In this document: positions 1 through 13,189 of the stretch, one piece after another | How positions within the stretch are numbered: position 1 is the stretch's first letter | How the letters are laid out: every line of letters begins with the position of its first letter | Source: Chiloscyllium plagiosum | Taxonomy: Eukaryota | NCBI RefSeq assembly: GCF_004010195.1 | Contig: NC_057749.1 | Span: forward strand, 8,125,901 to 8,184,200 | Length of the DNA stretch: 58,300 nucleotides | Direction: 5' to 3' | Made by a program: the position numbers and the translations under genes | Notes under the pieces: generated by a model | Told to the model about the DNA's origin: nothing | Seen by the model: only the letters and a program-made list of their open reading frames with translations | Databases searched by the model: none

Positions 1-199
1 CAAATCTCTGAGGAGCAGACACATTCTCTTGGAAAATATTTATCCCTCAATCAATGCAACTGGGACCTCAATGAAACATAAATAGGAACAAAAAATGTTG
101 GAAACAATCAGAAGGTCAGGCAGCCTCATTGGAGAGAGAAATGGTGTTAACATTTCTAAATCCTTGACTTTTCAACAGAACCTTCACTAAACACAATGG

Positions 200-346
200 A
201 AACTTCATTTCAGCTGCTGTTCGTGGGATCTTGTGTGAAAATTGGCCAACGTTTCCTATTGCTGCAGTAGTGACTGCACTTCCTTGGCTGTAGAGACCCT
301 GGGCAAGCTCTGTGATCCTGAAAGCATTAATGTGTAAGTTCTTCTT
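200..346 (+). mobile_element. Decayed DeuSINE/SacSINE1-like SINE 3' half
   Basis: gctgttcgtgggatcttgtgtg-aaattggc...gtgactgcactt...ttggctgta... resembles the Deu domain and tail as I recall it; related copies at ~33850-34215, ~53215-53290 and (minus) 52496-52580. Confidence 0.55.
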
Positions 347-544
347 CAGGCAGTCATTAAGCTCTGTGTCCAACGAAAATATATAAGGAAAGTCTGATCC
401 CATTCTCTCCCTCAACATCCACATTTACTGTCCACATTTCCAACTCCCCTTTCACCCCCTCGGAAGCAATTAGACTTGCCCTCGGAAGCAATTAGACTCT
501 AGCCGTGAGTAGCTTAATATATAGGAGCTGCTGGGAGGTGGTCG

Positions 545-703
545 ATTAACTCAGTTGGCTGGTTTGTGATGCCAGCAGTGTGGGTTCCATTCCTGAAGTG
601 GCTGAGGTTGTCATAAAGGACTCTCCTTCTCAACATTCTCCCCTTAACCAAGGCACCAGTGTTGTAATTCTGCTGGGGACAGCAAGATTATGGTGATTTT
701 ACC
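545..703 (+). mobile_element. tRNA-derived SINE fragment
   Basis: ctcagttggctgg...gggttccattcc (A/B-box like) then gctgaggtt..catXaaggactctccttc; reverse-complement copies at ~3990-4135 and ~17095-17235. Confidence 0.55.
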
Positions 704-3316
704 TAAAGGCACCAGGACTGCTTTGGGTAAGGGATCAAGTGGTATATTTCTTCAAATTAGTTTCTGATGCAACAAGGATATAGTTACACTCAAGGTATGG
801 TTAAAGTTCAAGAGCACCATAAATGCAGTCCAACTTTGATAGATAAATAACCACAGAGAGTGCTGGAGAAACTCGGCAAGTTTGCAGCATCTGCACGGAG
901 AGAAACAGAGTTAGTGGAGGGGAGGCAGGAATGCAGAGACATCAGATCAGCCAGGATTTTGTTGAACAGTAGCACTCTCTTCAAGGGCTGAACGGCCTAC
1001 TCCTGCTTCTAATTCACGTTTTCCTAAATGGAATGGTCTTCTGAGAATCGCTACAACTGGATCAGGAGAGGCAAAGAATATTTCCATTGGCCCATCCATA
1101 CAGTGGCTGATGCAAAAGTATTTAGTATTACCATCAGCTTCAACTGTAAAATATGTCATTATCCAGCAGCATCAAATCCCCCACTACAAACCCATCAGGG
1201 ACTCTCAGCCTTTGAATTAGTATAATATTTCTGCTCTGAACTTTACACACTGGGGACATGACTGAGAGCAGCAACTCCTCACTTTACCTGTAATCTTTAA
1301 TAACCATCAGTGAGTGTGGTCCTTTATCACTTATTTCGGTACTGTGTTTGAATTCAAGTCTCTGGAGATGGAATGCAGTGCAGTTGTTTAATTGGATTGT
1401 ATTCAATTAACTGTATCTTTGCTTCCCATATCCTGACACTGGGATCCATCTGAAATCTCTTCTACTGTTGCCAATGCAAATGTGACAATTGATAGGGTTT
1501 TAGACTATATATCATGCAAGCCTGCTGTGTGATTTAATTGCACCAAGTCTCATGTGATATATATCATTTCACAATCATTTTTTGATAATTTCATTGCTGC
1601 GGAAATTGGCATTTCACGCGGGCAAGAAAACAAAAAAATATAGAAGAGTTTATTATATGAGTGGGGAGAAGGGATATAGCATTGGGACTGTGCCATCTAT
1701 CGGTCTCAATTACAATGCGAGTGGACGAGACAGAAATACTAAAACAGCCCTCACACAGCCCAGAGGTAGCTTAAAACAAGTGTTCTTGCATGAATCTCTG
1801 TGAATCTTGCATATTTATGCATTCGGCTTTTCAGCGAAAACAGAGAAATTATTCTTGCTGTTTTCTGAACTTTGGCAGTGAATGAATCCATAATGTATTA
1901 AGCAGCATGGTCAAACTGAGTAACTCGAAAAATTACTGCTGCTTCTTATGAATCATAAGGAGGTGTTGGCAATTGATAAACAAAGAAAAAAGGATAAGTA
2001 ACAACAAATATTGCCGGCTGGCGAAACTGTCGGGGTTTTGAATAAACTAGGGTCTCCTCACTTGTTGTCTTTCAGCAGGACTTCATAAACTGCCTCATGT
2101 TTGATGACCAGTGAGAGGGAACGCCAGGCAGAGTTCACTGAAAGACGTACCCGGCTCAGTAGTTAGATTATGTAGGAATTACAAGCGCAGTTATCCATGC
2201 TCCAGTGAATCAGCAAATGCAGGTGCCTTTTATTTAAGAAGCCTAGCTGCAGGAAACACTACATGGAATGACAACAGGGGTCTAGAGTATGGACAGAATA
2301 TTGGTGAAAGATAGCGTTTCATGGTCTGCTGTTGATGGGACAATGTGCATGGTCCTCTTTTGTTAATGGACTGACAAACATCTGCAACAATAATATTATA
2401 GTGAATTTAATGGATTGGCCCAGGAAATTCCTTAAGGATTCAATTAAAATGCGAGCTCCATGACTAGACAGGTATGAAGAGAATGCCAGGGTACCATGCC
2501 TATGTAGAAATTTATTTCTAGGAAATGATATCGCCTTTTCTTTTCATTCATGTGTGGAAAGCCGACACTGCTAGCAATGGCGGCATTTGATGCCCATCCC
2601 AAGTGTTTTATACAGTCAGTGGTATTCAGAGCTTAAAACACATTTGGCATGGCACAGTGCCTCTGCTTTTAACATCCCTTTAAACAAAATGGTGTAGAAT
2701 CTATTCTGCAGGGTCTGAACAATGGGCAAGTAGAGTAAAATACACCCCAGTTTCAGAACTGGAGAATGCTTGAAAGGTTACAACACAAAACAAAAGACAT
2801 TAACACAGAAGCGTGAGCCTAACTTTGATCATGAGCACCGTGGCCTTTTATGAGAGTTGGTGTGAGATGACATCCGGAAATGCTGGGTCTGTTAGCAGGA
2901 AGTCCGCATGGGATCAGAACAAGTAGACCGGCAGGTCAACAGCTGAGTTGTTTGTGGAGTGTATGTTAAGTAGAGGCAATGAATGTGACCTACCTGGATT
3001 TCAAGGTATTTGGCGTATTTCAACTAACAGGCAGCTTTACAAGAAATAGGAGTCAAATTTGGAAAATGTGAGGCTGGACTGAATTGTAAGTTGATGGTAG
3101 ACTATATGAGGTGCTGGAATATCAGGAACTATTTCAAATACTTGGGGAAGACGCAGTGGGCAGAATGTTGGGAAACGTTAAAATTACCAGCCATAGTGAG
3201 TGTATGATAATTGAAAGCAATGTGGGCAGTCTCAAACAATTAGCACAGAGAGGTGATAGATAAATGATGAATATAAAGGTGTAGAAGAATTAGGTAGATG
3301 CATGAGCAGTATGATC

Positions 3317-3798
3317 TTGAAAGGTACAGAAAAAATTTACAAGGCTGTTGCCAGGGTTGGAAGGTTTGAGCTATAGGGAGAGGATGAATAGACTAGGACT
3401 ATTTTCTCTGGAACATCAGAGGCTGAGGGGTGACCTTGCAGAGGTTTAAAAAATCATGAAGGGCATGGATAGGATAAATAATCGAAGCCTATTCCGCAGG
3501 GGAGAGGGATCCAAAACTAGAGGTCATAGATTTAAGCTGAGAGAGAAAGGATTTAAGAGGTACCTAAGGGGCAATCTTTTCACACAGAAGGTGGTGAATG
3601 AACTACAAGAGGAAGTGATGGAAGCTGATACAATTACAACATTTAAAAAGGCATCTGGATGGATAAATAAATAGGAAGGGTTTGAAGGGAAATGGGCCAA
3701 ATGCTGACAAATGGGACTAGATTAATTTAGGATAGCTGGCCAGCTTGGACAAGTTGGATGGAAGGGTCTGTTTCTGTGCTGCACATCTCTACAGCTCT
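3317..3798 (+). mobile_element. CR1 LINE 3' fragment (RT C-terminus + 3'UTR)
   Basis: ORF 3456-3674 MKGMDR...TRGHRFKLR...FTQKVV.ELQEEVMEA.TITTFK is the CR1 ORF2 terminus; typical 3'UTR follows. Confidence 0.9.
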
Positions 3799-4425
3799 AA
3801 TGGTAACACACTTGAGGTAACAACCAAGGAAGAGATCAGGAAAATACAGTTGAAGGTGGCAGAATTGCAGACTGACCTTGGTGATTGACTGTCATGTTCA
3901 GTACTTAGGAAGGATTAAAAATTAAATTTATGTGTTGTTAGTTTAAAATCTTCACAGTCCTGTTCTCTCACTAAAGTGATTAATGGTGAGCTTAATGTAA
4001 GGGTCACCACGCCTCAGGCAAGGGCTGAGGTTGAGATGGCAGAACCTTCATGGTAATCTCATTTGATATGGAAATTGACCCTATGCTGCTGACATCACTC
4101 AGCATTGCATACGAGCAGTCCAGCCAACTGAGCTAACCAGTACTCATGTACCATATATTTAATTTCAGTATCACTGAATAAAAAATGTGGTCAAAGATTT
4201 TCATCTCACAATCTTCAGGATCAGTGCAAGAATACCAAATTTCAAAAGGAACAAAATTTTGATCCTCTTGCATGGCGCATCTCAGCAAGCCAGAGTTGAC
4301 TTGTCCTTTTTGCATTTAAACAAAAGCTTTTGGGGTGATTAATTGTTGGTACATTTGCACATCAATGCCTCAACCAAGTAGAGTCCACTTGGAGACAATC
4401 AGTATCCTTTTTAACCATGCAGTGT

Positions 4426-5141
4426 AAATTGGTGCTCCCTTTGAGATTTGGCATTCTTGTGATTCTGCCCTGATATTGTAAGACCAAAAGCTTGCTGTTT
4501 TTTTCAACAATACTCAAATTTGAAAAAGTATAAAAACTTGACACAATATATATGAGTGTGCTGGCTAGTGAATCTAGAGAAGATGCACTACAACCAATGA
4601 TTGTTGGGCCTTGTTTTATGGACAAGACTGGATATGAAAGGGACATTAAACCCACAACCACAACTATCTGGAAGATCATGGGCAACAAATAAAGGGGAAC
4701 AGAACCACTGACATGTCCCATCCAAGCTACATAATCTGCTGACATGGGATTTCATCACCCTTCCTGCAATGTCTCGGGTTAAAATCCTGGAACTCCCTAC
4801 CAGCACGGTCAGGAGTACCTACTCCAAATAGATGGCAATGGTTCAACAAGTGCTCACCAGCACCTTCTCCAGGGCAACTGGGGATGGGCAATAAATGCTG
4901 GCCCAGCCAGTGAAGAACATGAGTGAAATAAATTTACGTAGAGATTCAGGATGAATATATAGATTTGGATCTTAGCAATACCTCTGACATGCAAAAACTA
5001 CATGAAATGGTGCTCCCTTTGAGATTTGGCATTCTTGTGATTCTGCCCTGATGTTGTAAGACCAATGTATTTTTTTCAATAATACTCAGATTTGAAAAAG
5101 TATAAAAGCTGGACATGGTATACATGAGTGTGTTGGCTAGT
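4426..5141 (+). repeat. ~140-bp dispersed direct repeat (4426-4570 and 5006-5141)
   Basis: Both copies read tggtgctccctttgagatttggcattcttgtgattctgccctgat...tttgaaaaagtataaaa...atgagtgtgYtggctagt. Confidence 0.9.
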
Positions 5142-5266
5142 TGTATTAACTCAAGAAACCCGACTGGAAAGGAACATCGTTTATTGTTGAGCATCAAGGT
5201 AGAGCTACTACTCATGGTGTGCCCAGGTTAGTCCCATCAGGGACAAACAGCTCTTCAAACACATGA

Positions 5267-5592
5267 TTAGATTACTTACAAAGTGGGAACAGGCTTTTTG
5301 ACCCAACAAGTCCATACCAACCCTCCGAAGAGTTGACCCAACAAGTCCATACCAACCCTCCGAAGAGCAACCCACCCAGACATTTATCCCTTCACCCAAC
5401 ACTACAGGCAATTTAGCATGGCCAATTCACCTAACCTGCACATTTTTGGACTGTGGGAGGTAACTGGAGCGAACCCACGCAGACACAGGGAGAATGTGCA
5501 AACACACAAACAGTTGCCTGAGGCAGGAATTGAACCCTGGTCTCTGGCGCTGTGAGGCAGCAGTGCTAACCACTGAGCCATCGTGCCATCCC
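5267..5592 (-). mobile_element. HE1-type tRNA SINE with an internal 35-bp tandem duplication
   Basis: Minus strand has A box tggctcagtgg, B box ggttcaattcc and a TAATC tail; 5298-5332 is identical to 5333-5367. Confidence 0.9.
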
Positions 5593-5799
5593 TAGGGTCT
5601 GCTTTTTTTGTGTATCCAGAAGTGTGGTGAAATACAACTGAACAGCTTTCTCACCACCAAATCCCTGTGACTTCTTAAAACTATTAACAACCACCAGTAA
5701 ATCACCCACGTAACCGATTAGAAATGTACATGCAAAGCGGGAAGGAGATAAATCATAAATGGAGTTGGGGGGGTGGTGAGAGAGATCGACTTTATTGAA

Positions 5800-5910
5800 T
5801 TATCTAATCAACCTATTCAGCGACATTATTACACACCTCTGGAGCAAGTGGGACTTGAACCCAGGCCTCTTGGCTCAGAGGTAGGGACATTGCCACTGCG
5901 CCATAAAAGC
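5800..5910 (-). mobile_element. tRNA-derived SINE head
   Basis: Minus strand TGGCGCAGTGG (5893-5903) and GGTTCAAGTCC (5851-5861); similar copies at ~6055-6125, ~9130-9250 and ~55780-55870. Confidence 0.65.
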
Positions 5911-8900
5911 CTTTATTGTTTATTCTTTGCTAACTCCTTGGGTTGAACAGAGGAGCATTACATTTCCAGTCTAGTACCTCTTTAACAGAGCTATTTCAAT
6001 TGCACCCAAGGGTCTGCTTTATATCATTTTGTAATCGACTGTTCAGAGGTTTTACAAACACCTCTAGAGCAGTTGGGACCTGAACCCGGCCCTCCTGACT
6101 CGTAGTAGGGACACTACTACTGCATTTATATAGAGTCCCAACTGTGCGGAAACAGACCCTTCGGCCCAACAAGTCCACATGACCCCACCGAAGAGTAACC
6201 CGTTCTGCAAGAGCTTTTCCAGCAAAAGGATAGACAGACATTTTTCTTCTTGTGGATGGGCTTTGCAGGGCAGGGTAGGTTCAAAGGGATTGGAAGCAGC
6301 AGCAGTGATTGGCTTACAGAGACTACCCCCTTTTTCCATCAGCCATGCCTCCCATTATCCAAGGGGTAACTGCAGGCCTCCTTGGTAGTTGGGTTGTCAT
6401 TATTTCCTGTTTGAGAAAGTAGCCATCTTTCTCGCCCACTGGGGTGGGGGAAAGTGACCGGGGAGGTGGTATTTGGAGTAGAGGGTCTTGAGTGGCTATT
6501 GATTGGCCACATTAAGGGTCTTATATATGACACAGATCACTCATCGACCCTCCCATCCACAACATAAATGCAGAGTGAGTGAGAAAGGGGTGAATCTCAC
6601 CCAAATATTTCTCCTTCCTGCCACCTCCAGGAAGGAAAAATCAATCACTGTGATCATGTCAGAGACACAGAAACCAAGCAAGATTTCAAAATAACAGTGC
6701 AATAATGATGAGGTTCTAAGTTTTGTTGTTGGAGGGCAGGTAAATGTTGTCCAGGGCATAACCTTTATCACGTAGGAGCAATCTTTTTCTATTTACCAGA
6801 TCTACGAACCATAAGACCGTAAGTTGTTGGAGCAGAAGTAGACCATTCAGCCCATCGAGTCTGCTCCACCATTCAACGAGTTTGTAGCTAAACCTACCTT
6901 TGGATTTCAGATACTCTTGTCAATTTTAAGGCAAGGGTTTCTCAGGTGTATTTTAACATTTACAGTGGCATCCTTGTACAGGATGGGTGTTTTCCATTAA
7001 CACTCATTTCCATTTTCCAATTTCCATCCACCTCCTTCCAACAGTGTAATCGTGAGCTCACAATCCGTGGGCAAATCTGATATCAGCCCATGTTCTATCA
7101 AAGAGGCATTCAATGGAAAGCCCATATATCAAGCACAGAATAAATAGTCATCGTAACCAATGTAGTTTATCCAAAGAGACAGGTTTGCAACTGAAGTGCC
7201 TGTTGACCTTTGCCACCCAAGAGACATTAGCCATTTTCAAAGAGGCACACAGTGTCGGGCACACAAGGCAAGTCAGTGTTTCAGTATGTCACAGAAAACA
7301 TTGTGACATTTTTTCAATCTTCATTTTTGAGCGGAATAACTATAACTTCACAGAAGCTCTGACAGTGATGTAGTACATATTAAAAAAAAATCATCTTTCG
7401 AATCTGATTTTTTTTTTCCTTTAAGCTCTGACTATATTTCCCCGTAGATGCTGCTCAGTCCAATGCAATCACCTCCAGCCAGAAAACTCTGATTATCTGG
7501 GCCAAAGGCTTTGGCATATTCGCTCTCCTCCATGATCAGTCTGTGGAAGATGTGTAGCGAGTGAACTGATTGTGTCAATCAAGGCCTTCCATCTTAAGCC
7601 ATGAACCGAAACTGACAAGCTCACACTAAACAACAGCAGGTAGGCTACAGTGATCGACAGTCTTACATCTCAAATGTCTAAGTGCACTAATATCTCTATT
7701 AAATACATGGTGTATGCCCACTATACAGAATATGCACAGTATTCATCAGCTGCCATTCACAGTTTAAGGGTGATGGAATCAAAGATTCACATTATTTTTT
7801 CTGAGGTAGACCCCTAACTGTAAACAGAAACTGAAATGTGAAACCACAGAAAGGAAACTGATCCTCCCAGCATCGAAGGAAGAGAAAACCAAAACTGAGA
7901 TTTGGAACACCAGAATGTCTGGGCGGACTGAAACCAGTTGAGGCAATATAAAAGGACAAAAGTGTGACCAGAACTCAATCACAGCTGTCGGGTGAATCCA
8001 GTGGATTAGTACAGGCAGAGCTGATGAAGGCGGAGGACCAGCTCCCGAAGCTGAGAATATTTCTGCCCATCTTTATCTTACTTGAAGATCCACACTGACT
8101 GACTAGAGGAGGTATGGAGGACTTGTGCCACTTTTGGTGAAAATCCAGACCCACAGAGCTCGGGTTGTTTGTGAACTGCTAACAGCTCATCAGACTCGCT
8201 CACAAACAGATGGGAGCTAAAATTCTTTGCAAGGAATCCAGAGCTTTGAAGGACTTTGTGACTGAATCTGATGACTGAAATGTTGTATGGACTGCTGAAC
8301 CAATTTACCAGATCTGTTCCTGTTGCATCTGCCATCTAGAGTTGACAATCAAATGCAATTTGCCTGTTAATTCATGTTTCCTCTGGATGTTAGAGAATTG
8401 GAGGTTATCTAAGATAATGTTTGCATTATTTGACTCTTGTATACTGAATATTTGTTAATTGTAAACTGTGGGACCTTCATTCTTTTAGTAAATAATTGAG
8501 ATCTCAGATTTATTTTTTCTTCAAAGTAAAAGTTATTGGTCTCTGCCAAGCTTATAAACATTGACAAAAGGAAGCTGACACTTCCAACACTAACCTTGCT
8601 TCCAGATATCAATTCTTCGGATCTACTGATTGGATGTTTTCCAATGCTGTTTCACTGTGTTCAAAACCGAAGTTAACACAGTGACCATCACAAGCCGTAC
8701 AAGATGAACTATAACCGCAATAGCTTTCATTCTTTCTTTAGTTCGTTGTTGTTTTATCTTGGAGATATAGATATTTGGCTGAGTGTCAAGGGTTTTTCTA
8801 GTGTAATACCAACTTACCGTTGGGAAGTCACTTCAACATGACAGATGTAATGTGATTACCAGAGATCATGCAAAGTCGCACGCAAGTTCTGATTTTCTCT

Positions 8901-10194
8901 CTATGCAAACATTTAACCAGCTGAGGGAATGTTCTAGAAATGATTTAATAAATATGAAAGAGATCAAAATAAACTGCAGAATTTACCCCTTTCTCCTTCC
9001 TTGCACTGCATTTGGAAATTTAGATCGGTACAGAAGATTTGTCTTCCATCTACATTACAAGGCAACATAACCAAATAGTCACAGAACTTATTGACTTTGG
9101 CATTTATGCCGTTAGGCACTTGCTCTGGGGAGGTCTTGGGGTGCAGTGAATTAAGTCCCTATCTTTGAGACAGAAGTTCTGTGTTCAGCTCATGTCCTTT
9201 GATGGACAAGGAAGTTTTGTTCATAATGTGGCTAAACAGGTTTAGAATCAATCTACGAATCCTTCCCTTGTGGTAAGAGAGGTTCCTGGTCAGCCATGTG
9301 ATGGAATGAAAGTCAGAGCCTCAATTGTCGTAGCTCTGGGCTACAAAGTGTATGTGGCCGCATCATCTCAGACGCCCTAAGTCAATAGGAACATATGGAT
9401 TTACTCTGACTACTTGCAGGATTCACCCAGGAGATTCTTATCAGGGTTAGAATGATGTAGGCCATGGTAAGATGTGGGGCAGAATCGGAAGAGAAGCCTC
9501 ACCTCGAAGTTGGGAGAAATCACTTCACCTTTTATGCTCTTCACCAGCAACGTAATGTAATTCTGAATTTGGGTCACTGATAAGAAATGTTAACTCTGCT
9601 TCCTCTTCACCGATGCTACCTGACCTGCTGAGTTTTTCTCGCAATTTCTGTTTGTATCTCTGACTTCCAACATCTGCAGTTTTTTCATTTTGTGATGTGA
9701 TTCTTGTTGGGCAGTGATAAGATTCCAAATGACAGCACTTATTGCTCTTAAACGCCTCATTAATGCCACAACTCACCTCAGTAATTTCCACCTTCCACCC
9801 ATTAAATTCGTCCAACAGGCTGGATATTGAGAAATCTCAGCAAGGAAATCCAAGCAGGTACCTGGTGAATTCAGCTTACCACATTCTCCAATCAACTTCC
9901 ATACTGGAAACAGGCACCAACATCTCAGGGCACACTCCATGGGCACTGGCCATGTGCACCTCACATCCATGCTTATTGGTATCCAATATCCTCTACAAAC
10001 ATTCAAAGCACATCTCTGATCCACTTACAGAACACTTGTACACTTCAATACTTCACCTCAGGCTGTACCAGTAGCTCTCATTATAATGCTGCAGCAAGGA
10101 CACTGGGTTATTCAGGGACAGATGCCCAACTTAGAAAATGGAATTGTAGATATACTTGAAACTGTTAATGGCACTTTGGCCAAACCATGCTATG

Positions 10195-10535
10195 ATAGAA
10201 TCCCTACAGTGCAGACAGAAGCCATCAGGTCTGCACTGGCCCTCCGAAAAGCATCTGACCCAGACCCAATCCCCCGGCATATCCTTGTAACCCCGCCTTT
10301 TCCACGGCTAATCCAACCATCCTGCACATCCCTGGATACTATGGGTATCTTAGCATTGTCAATCCACATATCCATGTTTAGACTGTGGGAGGAAACCGGA
10401 GCACCTGAAGGAAACCCACACAGACAGAGGGAGTATGTGCCAACTCCACACAGACAGTTGCCCGAGGGTGAAATTAAACCCAGGTCCTGGGTGCAGTGAG
10501 GCAGGAGTGCTAACCACTGAGCCACCATACCACCC
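10195..10535 (-). mobile_element. HE1-type SINE
   Basis: tggctcagtggttagcact head; body similar to the other HE1 copies in the window. Confidence 0.85.
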
Positions 10536-10559
10536 TAAAGGACCAGGCTATATCTCTGT

Positions 10560-11860
10560 GCTCCTTATGTGCAGTTCTGGTGACCTTATTATAAGAAGGA
10601 TATTATTAATTTAGGATATCGGGTCAGTATGGACAAGTTGGACTGAAGGGACTGTTTCCATGCTGTATGACTCTGTGACTCTATGACTTTATGTCGGAGA
10701 TAAGGACAAAAAATGATACAGTTAGAGGTCTTACCAGCCTAGTTTTCCACCCTGAGGTGAGTTGTGGCACCCGATATCCTAAGAGGGCTGAGAAAAACAT
10801 TACTAGAATGTTGCCGATAATGGAGGGTTTGAGATCTAGGGAGACACTGAATAGGTTGGGACTTTTTTCACTGGAGAATAGAAGGTCAAGGGGTGACCTT
10901 TTTGAGATTTATAAAATCATGAGGGGCATAAATAAGGTGATTGGCAAAAGCCTTTTGCCCAGGGAGTTCAAGGCATATTTTTAAGATGAGGGGAGAAAGA
11001 TTTCAAAAAGACACACAGAGAGTGTTCATGTGTGGAATGAACTTCCATAGGATAGTGACGAGGGCATTTGGTATGCATTCCTTTATTTGTCGGAGTATAG
11101 AGTATAGGGGTTAGGAGGCCATGTTGCAGCTGTACAGGACATTGGTTAAGCCACTTTTGGAATATTGCATGCAATTCTGGTCTCCTTCCTATTGGAAGGA
11201 TGTTGTGAAATTCGAAAGGGTTCAGAAAAGATGTTGCCAGGGTTGGAGGATTTGAGCTATACAGAGAGGTTGAATGGGCTGGGGCTGGGGCTATTTACCC
11301 TGGAGCGTCGTACGTTGAGGGGTGACTATAAAATCATGAGGGGCATGGATAGGATAAATAGCCAAAGTCTCTTCCTTGGGCTGGAGGAGTCCAGAACTAG
11401 AGGGCATAGGTTTAGGGTGAGAGGGGAAAGATATAAAAAAGACCTAAGGGACAACTTAATGCAGATGCTGGTACGTGTATGGAATGAGCTGCTGGGGAAG
11501 TGGTGGAGGCTGGTACAATTGCAACATTTAAAAGGCATCTGGATGGGTATATGAATAGGAAGGGTTTGGAGGAATATGGGCTGGGTGCTGGCAGGTGTGA
11601 CTAGATTAGGTTGGGATATCTGGTCGGCATGGATGAGTTGGACCGAAGGATCTGTTTCCATGCTGTACATCTCTATGACTCTTATGACTCTCAGAAGTGG
11701 TAGATGTGGGTCCAGTTACAATGTTTAAAAGACATTTCGATAAGTACATGAATAAGAAATGTTTGGAGGGATATGGGTTAAGCGTAGCTAGGTGGGAATA
11801 GCTTTGTTTGGGATTATGGTCAGCATGGACTGGTTTCCATGGTGTGTGACTTTTTGACTC
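10560..11860 (+). mobile_element. Nested CR1 3' fragments (outer ~10560-11047 and 11692-11860; inner ~11050-11690)
   Basis: RLGLFSLE.RR.RGDL.E.YKIMRG motif occurs twice; outer copy is split at ggaatgaacttcc/agaagtgg; inner copy ends in ctatgactcttatgactc. Confidence 0.85.
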
Positions 11861-12304
11861 TCATAGTGAGAGTCTGAGTTGACTTGGATGCTCTCAGTGT
11901 CCATGCCTTACAGTACCTCGCCTTGCGCTTTTTGTTTTGCCCCCACAACCAGAATGACCAGGTTCGTATCACTTTTGTCTTGTCGTGCTGTTTAGCATCA
12001 ACAAAGCCAGGAAGCTTTTCATATTTGTTGACAGGTCCCAATTCAAGTCTTGTTAACTTGTCAACTTGTCTCGTTACTTTAGTAATTTTGATGAAATTAG
12101 CTGTCACAAATATTACACACTTCTTCCCTCAAATTCCTGAATTATAAAACAAATGGGAGAAATTTGATTCTGAAGTATCAAACAGACACGAGGGCCTACC
12201 TCTCACAAACCTACACAAAATCATCAGCACGGAAGCAGTAAAGGGTGGGAAAATAGGGTGGTAAGACCTCTAACTGTATCACTTTTTGTCCTTATCTCTG
12301 ACAT

Positions 12305-12740
12305 AAAGTCATAGAGTCACAGAGTCATACAGCATGGAAACAGTCCCTTCAGTCCAACTTGTCCATACTGACCCGATATCCTAAATTAATCCAGTCCCAT
12401 TGGTCAGCATTTGACCCAAATCCCTCTGAACCCTTTCTATTCATGTCCCCATCCAGATGTCTTTTAAATGTTGCAATTGTACCAGCCTCCACCACATCCT
12501 CTGGCAGCTCATTCCATACGCGTACCACCCTCTGCATGAAAACGTTGCCCCATAGGTCCCTTTTAAATCTTTCCCCTCTCACCCTAAACCTATGCCCTCT
12601 AGTTCTGGACTCCTGTACCCAGGGAAAAAAAGACCTTGGCTATTCACCCAATCCATGCCCCTCATGATTTGATAAGCCTCTATACGATCACCCCTCAGCC
12701 TCCAACGCTCCAGGAAAAATAGCCCCAGCCTACTCCAAGT
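12305..12740 (-). mobile_element. CR1 LINE 3' fragment
   Basis: ORF 12349-12582 RGERFKRDL.GNVF.QRVVRVWNELPE.VVEAGTIATFKRHLD; (TATGACTC) tail. Confidence 0.9.
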
Positions 12741-13189
12741 CAAATGAGGTAACAGTGAGTTACAGGATCCAACTGTGCAAACCTTAAAGCACAGCAGGCA
12801 CTCCTTGTAGTCACTGCAGCCTTTAGTTATCCACCGCCTCCCTGGATCTTCACATCCCCATGGTGCCTTGGTTCCTTTGAATCCTGTAGTTCGCACTGTG
12901 AGCTGTTCACTTCAGATTAAAGGAGTCTCAAGGTGGTTTTGAAGCTCCGCCTCCAATCATTCTCAAAGCAAACATCACACTTATATCAGGACTCAATGTG
13001 CTTCAGAGTTGCATCCAACAAGTATGGTCTGGTTGGTTGCAGTTGGTTCTCAGGGTGCCCCCAGGATGTGGAGTTCCATTTGCATTCTCACACAAAATGG
13101 CAGCACTAAGGGAGGAAAGACTCACTGCATTTCTCACTGAATAAAGTTTAAGCCTGTATCATAGACCAAAAAGTTGTTCGACATTATCA

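Noticed and set aside
5840..5910. Functional tRNA gene
   Set aside because: A/B boxes are present but there is no complete cloverleaf or T-run terminator, and dispersed diverged copies share downstream sequence, so it is a SINE head
8015..8200. CTGATGA motifs at ~8021 (+) and ~8186-8192 (-) as hammerheads
   Set aside because: No correctly placed GAAA after a stem II
9742..10140. 110-aa ORF; faint resemblance to a decayed GIY-YIG region
   Set aside because: Diagnostic motifs are too eroded to support by eye
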